From positions 186,001-250,000 of IMG/VR virus record IMGVR_UViG_3300046787_000200: a stretch of DNA of 64,000 nucleotides; one strand, given 5' to 3'. Positions within the stretch are counted from its first letter, which is position 1. Each line of letters starts with the position of its first letter. Below are positions 8,870 to 17,119 of the stretch, piece by piece. The notes under the pieces are model-generated. The model was not told the origin of the DNA. It was given only the letters and a program-made list of their open reading frames with translations, and searched no databases. A program made the translations under genes and the position numbers.

Positions 8870-9735
8870 GAGCAAATGAATTTTTAATTGAACGTGCAAC
8901 TAGTGTAGTGTTTCATTACACCGGTACTAATGCCGCATTAAAGATTCTAAAATCAGGTAACTTTGAATTAGCAAGCACAACAGGTAATCGTAGCGAAGAA
9001 CAATATGCACCAAAAGGTTATCCATACTTCTTAAGCTTAACACGCACACCAACTGGTGATTATCATAGATATGTTGGTACAGGTGGCGTTATGTTTAAGA
9101 TTGACGGTGATTGGCTAAACAATAGATATGTTGTAAAGCCAATAGACTATTGGGATCGTGCTTGGTTACATAGTGATGGTACACGTTCACGTGAATCAGA
9201 AGATAGATTGTTTAGTAAACAACCCACAGTTCCAGTTACACCTGTAACAGAAGTTCACGTATTGTTAAAAGAACAAGATGAGTTTCGTAGTCCACAAACA
9301 CGACAAATAATGATATCCGCTAAACAAAGAGGTATCCCGGTATATCTTTATACCGATGAGAAAGCTTGGAGACTATTAGATACACGTAAGAGTATTCAAC
9401 CAAGCCAAGCTAAAGATGTATTAAAAGGTCAACAAGGTCCTGGCTACAGTCGTAAGCCAACTGATTTTGTTAAACCCTGGATTGAGTTGATTGAAAAGGA
9501 TCGTGAAGAATATCTAAGCGATAGAGCTAAAAGACAACTAAAGAACTTATTATGGTATCCTGATGCGTCCGGAGATCATAACATAGGTGTAGATTTATCT
9601 AACGCACGTAAGCCAGACGCAGGAGATAGAGCGAGTGCCGTGAAGTTGATTAAATATATGAACGACAATAATATTAAGAATACAGTAGAACTTAAAAACG
9701 CTATTGTCGATAAATGGAATAAGATAAAAAAATGA
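8866..9735 (+). CDS. Putative ADP-ribosyltransferase-fold protein with capsid-targeting-like leader
   Basis: MRANEFLIE; FHYT ... LSLTR ... ESEDR (H-S-ExE arrangement). Confidence 0.5.
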   Translation: MRANEFLIERATSVVFHYTGTNAALKILKSGNFELASTTGNRSEEQYAPKGYPYFLSLTRTPTGDYHRYVGTGGVMFKIDGDWLNNRYVVKPIDYWDRAWLHSDGTRSRESEDRLFSKQPTVPVTPVTEVHVLLKEQDEFRSPQTRQIMISAKQRGIPVYLYTDEKAWRLLDTRKSIQPSQAKDVLKGQQGPGYSRKPTDFVKPWIELIEKDREEYLSDRAKRQLKNLLWYPDASGDHNIGVDLSNARKPDAGDRASAVKLIKYMNDNNIKNTVELKNAIVDKWNKIKK

Positions 9736-10604
9736 GATTAGTTGAGTTTGTTACTGAAGCCGTCGGAGGTGATTACATTTATCATAGTGTAGCACAGCCT
9801 AACCAGATCTGGAACATACTTAGAAAAGGTGTAATACAACCACAAATATCTGAAACAGATGAAGAAGGTGGTTGGGAGATACCAGTTATCAGTGCAAGTA
9901 GAAGTCAATATTATAGATACCCATATGGTGGTGGTAGTATTCAACTTGTTTTAGATAGAAATGCATTACGTCAAGCCGGTTTCAAAGTATTGCCATTCTC
10001 TTATATGCAGTTTTACAATCAAGCTGATGGCAGTGGCCCTACAGCAAGTAATCCAATGTATAAACAAGAAACAGAAGAACGTATCTATCATCCAAAAGGT
10101 ATAGGTATTCCTGTTAAGAAACCATATGTCGTGGGTATACAGATACGTAAAGAGCTAATGGATAAAGTTCCAGAAGGTCTATTGAAGTTGATTAGTGATG
10201 CTGGATTAACATTAACACCAATGAAAGATGATCCTACTAACAGAGAAAAGTTTTCACGTAAGTTAGCTAAACCACCATTGAATCCGGCACACTATTACAA
10301 ACCAAATGAAGTTCAAATAGTAGCAAGGCGAGACAATCCAAATGGATATACATTATGGAGTGTTAAACCTGATGGCTACATCTTGCCGATTGGTGATACC
10401 GGTGAGTTTAATAAGGGCGGTTTGACAAAACAAAAAGCAATAGATGCATTTAAGAGACTTACCGGTGCCAATCCAAAAGAAGTTCAAAACGTTATTAAAT
10501 ATGATGGTACGTTTAACCCAAATTATTACCACGATGAATCCGGCGGTCCAAGCAGAGAACTATACAACTGGGTTCCTCAGATAGTAAATAGTAATACACA
10601 ATGA
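9732..10604 (+). CDS. Second putative ADP-ribosyltransferase-fold protein with capsid-targeting-like leader
   Basis: MRLVEFVTE; IYHS ... ISASRS ... ETEERI. Confidence 0.5.
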   Translation: MRLVEFVTEAVGGDYIYHSVAQPNQIWNILRKGVIQPQISETDEEGGWEIPVISASRSQYYRYPYGGGSIQLVLDRNALRQAGFKVLPFSYMQFYNQADGSGPTASNPMYKQETEERIYHPKGIGIPVKKPYVVGIQIRKELMDKVPEGLLKLISDAGLTLTPMKDDPTNREKFSRKLAKPPLNPAHYYKPNEVQIVARRDNPNGYTLWSVKPDGYILPIGDTGEFNKGGLTKQKAIDAFKRLTGANPKEVQNVIKYDGTFNPNYYHDESGGPSRELYNWVPQIVNSNTQ

Positions 10605-10614
10605 GATATTTAAA

Positions 10615-12993
10615 ATGAGAGCATTAGACTTTATATTAGAAAATACAGAGGTACTTGACGAAGTAGCGATGAATCCTACTCGTTTAAAGCAAGAAGCTGC
10701 CAAGACTGGTGCTCAAGCTGGTATGGAATTCGAAATGATTGTTCCAAACGTTAAATCAGAGGACGTAGATAACGATCCAGAACCAGACTATGATAGTGAT
10801 GAATCTGCACGTGATATAGATGATATAGCTAGGTTCTTTCGTGACGGCGAATATAACAGTCGTAGACAAATAGATGAGTTAGTAGACCAACTACGTGATG
10901 GTTACTATGAGTGGGCTGACGAACAACGTAGCGAACAATGGGATCGTGAAGGAAAAGATTATTTACGTGAATACATTGAAAATGAAGGCGAGTTTGATGA
11001 AGATGCTGCCTTAGATGAAGCTTATGACCAATTAGGTTTTACTGATGAACAAAAAGAAGCGGCAAGTAAAGCCGGTGCAACAATAACAAAACGCTCAGAT
11101 GCAGTAGGTAATGAAGATTGGGAGCATTGGAAAGAAGCACAAGATTTAGTTGGCGAAAAGTTAGACCAGTTTGTTGAAGAACAATGGGATGAGAGAGGTC
11201 GCCTATACGACAATGCATATGAAAAGTGGACTGATGAAGCTGATTGGCCTGATGAAAGTGATTGGTTAGACAGTCAAAACCTTCAGACAATGCAAGACAT
11301 TGAAAGTAACTATGATGTTACTTGGCCACATTGGCAATATCCTGATTCAGGTGGCGAATTGAGTATTGACGATGTTGCTGATGAGTTCAGCAGAATGATC
11401 GGTAAGCCAATCAATTCAAGTGAGCGTTATCACGGTGCTCGTAGAGAAGCAGGCCATTATGTTGTTGAACCTGATGGTAGCTTAGAACCAGATGATAGTG
11501 ATGATGCTGGATTAGAGTTTGTAAGCCCACCAATGCCCATAGATGAAATGTTAAGTGACTTCAATAAAGTTGTTGCTTGGGCAAAAAGTAAAGGTTGCTA
11601 TACTAATGATAGTACTGGATTGCACATAAATGTAAGCGTACCTGATTTTAGTAGAGATAAACTTGACTATGTTAAGTTAGCAATATTATTAGGTGATGAG
11701 TATGTTCTAAAAGAGTTTGGTCGTGAAGGTAATACTTACACTAAGAGCGCATTGAAACGAGTTAAAGATAACATTAGAAGTCGCCCAGAAGATGCCAAAC
11801 GTTTGTTAGACAGTATGAAGGCAGGCTTAAATGATATTGCTAGTAAAGCTGTTCATAGCGGTGCTACAGACAAATATACAAGTATCAACACTAAAGATGG
11901 TTATATTGAGTTTCGTAGTCCCGGTGGTGATTGGTTAGATGCTGATATCCCTAAGATTGAGAATACATTGTTACGATTTGTTGTAGCATTAGATGCCGCA
12001 GTTGATCCACAGAAGTATAGAAAAGAATATCTAACAAAGCTTTATAAGTTGTTGTCACCGAGCAAAGACGCTACTGATACTATTCAATACTTTACTAAGT
12101 ATGCCGCAGGTGAGTTACCAAAGGCTGCATTACGTAGCTTTGTTAAACAAGCACAGTTAGAACGTAAGATTAAATCTGATAAAGAACAAGGTAAGAAGTA
12201 TTGGTGGCGTGTTGATAAAGAAGGTCAAGGACGTTCTGGTGCAAGCTTAGAAGTTGTTGCTACAAGTAAAGAAGAAGCATTAGAAAAAGCAGCCAGTGAA
12301 TGGAATATTCGTTTAGGTGCATTGACACAAGCTGATGCTTATCCTATTCGTAAGTTTGAAGAACCTGCAAGCAATACACCAAGATATGAAATCTTCAACT
12401 TGAATACAAACAATAGTGTAGAAGATGCTGAAGGAATTACCAATGATAGAGACGCATTGATTCGATTAAATGATTATTTACAACATGGTCCACATAGATT
12501 ATCGGCTGATCAGGCTAGAAATACATTTGGAATTAGACGTGTAGGTGATAGTGAACCTATACTAGCACAACCAATTAGTCGAGGTGGTAATGAACCACAG
12601 TCAAGGTTTGAAATCTATCGTATCAGTGACGGTCGATCATTAACAAGACGAGGAGAACCATTACAAATCGTTGCTAATGGTGTTGAGGGTGCTGAACGTC
12701 AGATGATAGAAATAATACGCAGTCTCGATTTTGGCGCACCTGAACTATTTGCAGTTCGTAGTGTAATAGAACCTCCGGCGCAGCCGGGCAGCACAACTGA
12801 CATACAACAACAACGTGCGGCAGGTGGTGCATTCACTGGTGCTTGGAAAGTATTAGCTGATGGACGTGAAGTATATCGTTTCAGTGGCGTAGGCAATCAA
12901 CAAAGTGATGCTAATCGTGTAGCTATTCAATGGCTAAGAAACAACGGGTACGATCAAAGTACCGAAGTTGAAGTTGTACCTATAATGAGCTAA
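10615..12993 (+). CDS. Putative amidoligase (COOH-NH2 ligase family) with acidic insert and C-terminal repeated domains
   Basis: GMEFE, EPDGSL, GLEFVSPP, STGLHINVS, YIEFRSPGG; leader MRALDFILE. Confidence 0.8.
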   Translation: MRALDFILENTEVLDEVAMNPTRLKQEAAKTGAQAGMEFEMIVPNVKSEDVDNDPEPDYDSDESARDIDDIARFFRDGEYNSRRQIDELVDQLRDGYYEWADEQRSEQWDREGKDYLREYIENEGEFDEDAALDEAYDQLGFTDEQKEAASKAGATITKRSDAVGNEDWEHWKEAQDLVGEKLDQFVEEQWDERGRLYDNAYEKWTDEADWPDESDWLDSQNLQTMQDIESNYDVTWPHWQYPDSGGELSIDDVADEFSRMIGKPINSSERYHGARREAGHYVVEPDGSLEPDDSDDAGLEFVSPPMPIDEMLSDFNKVVAWAKSKGCYTNDSTGLHINVSVPDFSRDKLDYVKLAILLGDEYVLKEFGREGNTYTKSALKRVKDNIRSRPEDAKRLLDSMKAGLNDIASKAVHSGATDKYTSINTKDGYIEFRSPGGDWLDADIPKIENTLLRFVVALDAAVDPQKYRKEYLTKLYKLLSPSKDATDTIQYFTKYAAGELPKAALRSFVKQAQLERKIKSDKEQGKKYWWRVDKEGQGRSGASLEVVATSKEEALEKAASEWNIRLGALTQADAYPIRKFEEPASNTPRYEIFNLNTNNSVEDAEGITNDRDALIRLNDYLQHGPHRLSADQARNTFGIRRVGDSEPILAQPISRGGNEPQSRFEIYRISDGRSLTRRGEPLQIVANGVEGAERQMIEIIRSLDFGAPELFAVRSVIEPPAQPGSTTDIQQQRAAGGAFTGAWKVLADGREVYRFSGVGNQQSDANRVAIQWLRNNGYDQSTEVEVVPIMS

Positions 12994-12994
12994 T

Positions 12995-13861
12995 ATGAGA
13001 GCAACAGATTTCATAATCGAACAAGAAAATCCTAAAGTAGATTTGACACCTAACTATCCTAACTATCAAGTATTAGTAGGTGAGTATGTTGGTGTAAAGA
13101 AGAATAGATTACTATTCAAAATACTTTCAGCAGAACTAAAGCCAGGACAAGGTGCAACAGATAAGATTGTTAAATCATTAGCAACTGGATTACCATTTGG
13201 TATTGATATTGAACGTGTTAGAAATCGTAAAGTATTAGAAGATTTAACTCGTAGGGGCTTCTTAGGTGGATTAGGCGCAGCCGCATTAGGTGCCACAGGA
13301 GTAGCACAAGCTAAACCAACACAGCCTGCACAACAAAAATCTGAGCCAGTTAATATGTTGAGTAATCATCCTCAACACGAAGCACTATTGCAACGTGCGG
13401 CTAAAGCTGCCGGCATTAAAGGCACGGAGTTAGCACAGTTCATGGCACAAACCAACCATGAATCATGGGACTTTAGTAGATTAAAAGAAAAAGGTATGGG
13501 TAAAGGTTACTTTGCTAAAAAGTATGACCCTAAGTTTGCCCCACAGACAGCTAAGATATTAGGCAATAAACAAGTAGGTGACGGGGAGAAGTATCGCGGT
13601 AGAGGATTCATTCAATTGACAGGACGTGATAATTATCGTATGGCACAACAAGCATTAAAGATACCGTTGTTACAACAGCCCGAGTTAGCAGAGCGTCCAG
13701 ATGTTGCGGCAAAGATTGCTGTATGGTATTGGAATACACGAGTTAAGCCCCATATACAAAACTTTAACGACACTAAAGCAGTAACGCAAAAGATTAATCC
13801 AGCAATGCGTGGCTTACAAGATAGACACGCAAAGTTTATTGATTACAAGAATATTTTATAA
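12995..13861 (+). CDS. GH19 lysozyme/chitinase-family hydrolase with leader and internal twin-arginine segment
   Basis: FMAQTNHES and YRGRGFIQLTGRDNY; MRATDFIIE; TRRGFLGG at residue ~85. Confidence 0.85.
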   Translation: MRATDFIIEQENPKVDLTPNYPNYQVLVGEYVGVKKNRLLFKILSAELKPGQGATDKIVKSLATGLPFGIDIERVRNRKVLEDLTRRGFLGGLGAAALGATGVAQAKPTQPAQQKSEPVNMLSNHPQHEALLQRAAKAAGIKGTELAQFMAQTNHESWDFSRLKEKGMGKGYFAKKYDPKFAPQTAKILGNKQVGDGEKYRGRGFIQLTGRDNYRMAQQALKIPLLQQPELAERPDVAAKIAVWYWNTRVKPHIQNFNDTKAVTQKINPAMRGLQDRHAKFIDYKNIL

Positions 13862-13871
13862 AGAGAGTTAG

Positions 13872-14309
13872 ATGAGAAAAATAATAACAATAGCATTACT
13901 AGCAATATCAACAGTTGCGTTCGCACAAAAACAAAAGCCAATGAATATCTATGATTTCCCAATCACCAGAGTTATTGACGGCGATACAGTAGCGTTTCAA
14001 GCACCGTTCTTACCACCACCATTAAAGCAAGAGTTAAGTATACGTGTATTTGGTGTTGATACACCTGAAAAGGGTCATAGAGCAATGTGTCCACAAGAAG
14101 ACCAACGTGGTCAGGCAGCTACTGCATTTACAAAAAATGCAATTACCAAGGCACAAAAACGTCAAGTAGCTATTGCTGATTGGGATAAATATGGCGGTCG
14201 TGTTTTGGGTGACGTATTATTAGATGGACAAAGTTTAAGAATGATGTTAATACAGAACGGATTTGCAAGAGAATATTACGGAGAAGCTAAGACTTCTTGG
14301 TGTAATTAA
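13872..14309 (+). CDS. Thermonuclease (SNase-like) with signal peptide
   Basis: RVIDGDT, IRVFGVDTPE, DKYGGRVLG; hydrophobic N-terminus ending AFA. Confidence 0.9.
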   Translation: MRKIITIALLAISTVAFAQKQKPMNIYDFPITRVIDGDTVAFQAPFLPPPLKQELSIRVFGVDTPEKGHRAMCPQEDQRGQAATAFTKNAITKAQKRQVAIADWDKYGGRVLGDVLLDGQSLRMMLIQNGFAREYYGEAKTSWCN

Positions 14310-14354
14310 TAATATAACGATTTTTAGATAAATACTTACTATAAGGAGACTATT

Positions 14355-14642
14355 ATGTCAGAAACAGTTCAAAAAACGATTGATCCTATTCAGCCAGACG
14401 CTGAAGGAAGATTGCATACATTTAAGTATGAAGCGGATACTTTTATTCCGTTACTTGATTGGATACAAGCTAACAAAACAGCAGAAGAATATGCTAGTTG
14501 GATGGCAAATGATCAAGTCGGTACACATACTGATGCAGGCGCAGAGTATTATATTGAGTGGCTTCTTGCTCAAAAGATGGTACATATTATAAATCGCCCA
14601 GACGGTATCGTTGTAACAAACGATTATAAAGACTATCTATAA
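14355..14642 (+). CDS. Hypothetical protein
   Basis: AAGGAG RBS; TAAATA at 14329. Confidence 0.75.
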   Translation: MSETVQKTIDPIQPDAEGRLHTFKYEADTFIPLLDWIQANKTAEEYASWMANDQVGTHTDAGAEYYIEWLLAQKMVHIINRPDGIVVTNDYKDYL

Positions 14643-14647
14643 TCTAA

Positions 14648-15220
14648 ATGCGATTTAATCAGATACTATCAGAATCCGCTGCCACTGAACTAGCTAAAAA
14701 ATTGCCTAGTTTAGAAAAGCATAATTACAATACCATTGACAAATTAATGCGTGGTATTGCGAAGAAGCACAGCATTACCGGCAAAGCTTTACATGATTTA
14801 TTCATACGAAAATATCATAGAAGCCCTGATAGTTGGATTAAAAATAAACTAGATGAAACTGGGGATAGTGAGTTACAGCAAGAAGTTGATAAATTTGCTG
14901 AATGGGCAAGTAGTAAATTACACTTGCAACAAGTCCCCAAAATTGAACTAAGTATGGATACAGAAGAGGCTCAGAATAATCATCACACCGGCGGACATAA
15001 AATGGGTGATGATAAGATTTGGGTCTATGTCAACAACCGCAACTTAGTAGATATATTACGAACAGTATTCCATGAATTAGTTCATGTACGCCAAGGTGAA
15101 CTAAATATGATTGAACCAGGCGATAGCTATCCCGGTAGTCCAATCGAAGCAATGGCGGATATGCTAGCTGGTAAATATATCAAAATATATGGTGAGCAAA
15201 ATCATCATATATTTCAATAA
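14648..15220 (+). CDS. Zincin-like (HExxH) metallopeptidase-domain protein with capsid-targeting-like leader
   Basis: MRFNQILSE; RTVFHELVH ... E. Confidence 0.65.
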   Translation: MRFNQILSESAATELAKKLPSLEKHNYNTIDKLMRGIAKKHSITGKALHDLFIRKYHRSPDSWIKNKLDETGDSELQQEVDKFAEWASSKLHLQQVPKIELSMDTEEAQNNHHTGGHKMGDDKIWVYVNNRNLVDILRTVFHELVHVRQGELNMIEPGDSYPGSPIEAMADMLAGKYIKIYGEQNHHIFQ

Positions 15221-15221
15221 A

Positions 15222-16163
15222 ATGCTGACATACAATACACTTTACAAAAATCAACCAATCGCAATCAAAATAAAATTACTTAATAATTCATTTGTAACAA
15301 CATGGAAAGATTATGTAATACGAACTTCACAACGTTTACCTAACCTACATTGGTCAGTGCATCCTCATCATGTTATCGAACAGTTATCAAAGGATGTAAA
15401 TTATAAGATTTTTATCACTAATTTATTAAAGTCTTTTATATTATTAGGCAAACATTATAATATTGATTATAGTAAAGAAATTTCAGAGCTTAAAAATTTC
15501 TTAATAGATTATAGTAATTTAACACAGCAAGATTTAAATAGATGGCATAGGCATTTTACTTCATTAGGTAAATTACTTAATCCATTCACTACTGTTGAAA
15601 CATTTACCGAATTACCTCAACATATAATTCATCATTCCGTACATGAACTAAACAATAATACACATTTATTAGAAACATTAACTTACCCAAAATTATCAAG
15701 GTTAACTAAGTTTTCACCTAATCATTTGAATTATGGTATACATGCAACATCTACTAATCAAATGAGTGATAAAGAATCAATATGGGGTTCCGAAACAGTT
15801 GAATATATTAACGAAGAATTTGATTTTAATAACAGTTCATATGACCACGATGTTTGGTTAACCGATGATATTCTGGGCAAAGACCATTTTAAATGTTGGT
15901 TTGAAGAAGATGATCCTATCAATGATGATATAACCGGAAATCTATTACTAACACCAAACATAACATTGGATCCTAATAAGATATTTAAACAAACAATAGA
16001 TGATATTGAATTTCAAAAATTTGTAACCAATTCAAACAAGAAACTTAATAGATTTCCATTAGGTGATATTTTAAACATAAATGAAATTCCTTGGCAGAAT
16101 ATCACTGAATGTCAATTGAAAAATATTGAACTAGATGGTAATATATTATGGAACAATGCATGA
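15222..16163 (+). CDS. Hypothetical protein (AT-rich)
   Basis: Long ORF; start moved to the ATG just after the upstream stop. Confidence 0.65.
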   Translation: MLTYNTLYKNQPIAIKIKLLNNSFVTTWKDYVIRTSQRLPNLHWSVHPHHVIEQLSKDVNYKIFITNLLKSFILLGKHYNIDYSKEISELKNFLIDYSNLTQQDLNRWHRHFTSLGKLLNPFTTVETFTELPQHIIHHSVHELNNNTHLLETLTYPKLSRLTKFSPNHLNYGIHATSTNQMSDKESIWGSETVEYINEEFDFNNSSYDHDVWLTDDILGKDHFKCWFEEDDPINDDITGNLLLTPNITLDPNKIFKQTIDDIEFQKFVTNSNKKLNRFPLGDILNINEIPWQNITECQLKNIELDGNILWNNA

Positions 16164-16207
16164 CCAAATAACTTTCAATCATTAAATGAATGTGATATAA
16201 TCTATAA

Positions 16208-16804
16208 ATGATTAAAATCACTGTACCCTTACCCAAACAAATCACAATCGCATGTAGTGGTGGTGTAGATAGTATGGCTATCGTTGACTTTCTAAGTCGC
16301 AAACATGATGTTACTATTGCCCATTTTAATCACGGTACACAACACGGTAAGAAGGCGGCTGAGTTTGTTGCTAAATATTGTACCGATAATAACATCCCTA
16401 TGATTGTAGGTCATTGTGTTACCGAAAAATGTAATACATTATCACAAGAAGAATATTGGCGTAATGAACGCTATAGATTTTTCAAGGGATTAGGACCGGT
16501 CATTACCTGTCATCACTTAGACGATTGTGTTGAAACATATATTTGGTCAGCATTAAACGGTACGCCTAAGGTTATTCCGTTAACACGTAACAATGTGTTA
16601 CGCCCATTCTTAACTACACGTAAACAAGATTTTGTTTATTGGTGTGAAAGTCACAATGTGCCTTGGATTGAGGATGAATCAAACAAAAACTCACGCTATA
16701 CAAGAAATTACATTCGCAATGAATTGATGCCACATGCACTACGAGTTAACCCAGGATTGCATACTTTGGTCAAGAAGATTGTAGAAGGTAAGCAAAATAC
16801 TTGA
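16208..16804 (+). CDS. tilS: tRNA(Ile)-lysidine synthetase-like PP-loop ATPase (minimal)
   Basis: CSGGVDS, HFNHG, HHLDDCVET, RPFL, DESN...YTRNYIR. Confidence 0.8.
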   Translation: MIKITVPLPKQITIACSGGVDSMAIVDFLSRKHDVTIAHFNHGTQHGKKAAEFVAKYCTDNNIPMIVGHCVTEKCNTLSQEEYWRNERYRFFKGLGPVITCHHLDDCVETYIWSALNGTPKVIPLTRNNVLRPFLTTRKQDFVYWCESHNVPWIEDESNKNSRYTRNYIRNELMPHALRVNPGLHTLVKKIVEGKQNT

Positions 16805-16829
16805 CTTCTCTACGCAGTTCAAGTACACT
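16801..16829 (+). promoter_or_regulatory. Sigma70-type promoter
   Basis: TTGACT-17-TACACT. Confidence 0.65.
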
Positions 16830-16852
16830 AACTAATTATTTAAGGAGAACCT

Positions 16853-17119
16853 ATGTCAGACTATAACCGTTCGTTTAACAACGAAGCTAAAATCAAACTA
16901 ACACAATTGGTAAATGAGGGCATGACAGTCCTACATGAAATCGATACATTGAATGGTGGTTTGAATGATACTATCAAAGCAGTTGCAGAAGAACTTGAAA
17001 TTAAAGCAAGTACTTTGAAGAAAGCAATTAAGATTGCTCACAAAGCAAGTCTCGGTCAGACTAACAAAGACCACGATGAACTCAACACTATCTTGGAAAC
17101 TGTGGGCAAAACACTTTGA
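16853..17119 (+). CDS. Small helical protein, possibly T4 DsbA-like dsDNA-binding protein
   Basis: AAGGAG RBS; size, helical pattern, position before the polymerase. Confidence 0.45.
   Translation: MSDYNRSFNNEAKIKLTQLVNEGMTVLHEIDTLNGGLNDTIKAVAEELEIKASTLKKAIKIAHKASLGQTNKDHDELNTILETVGKTL

Noticed and set aside
16208-16804. QueC (SGGxDS PP-loop) completing the preQ0 pathway
   Set aside because: It has TilS motifs (HHLDD..ET, RP, D.SN...RN.IR) and lacks the QueC zinc-binding Cys cluster.
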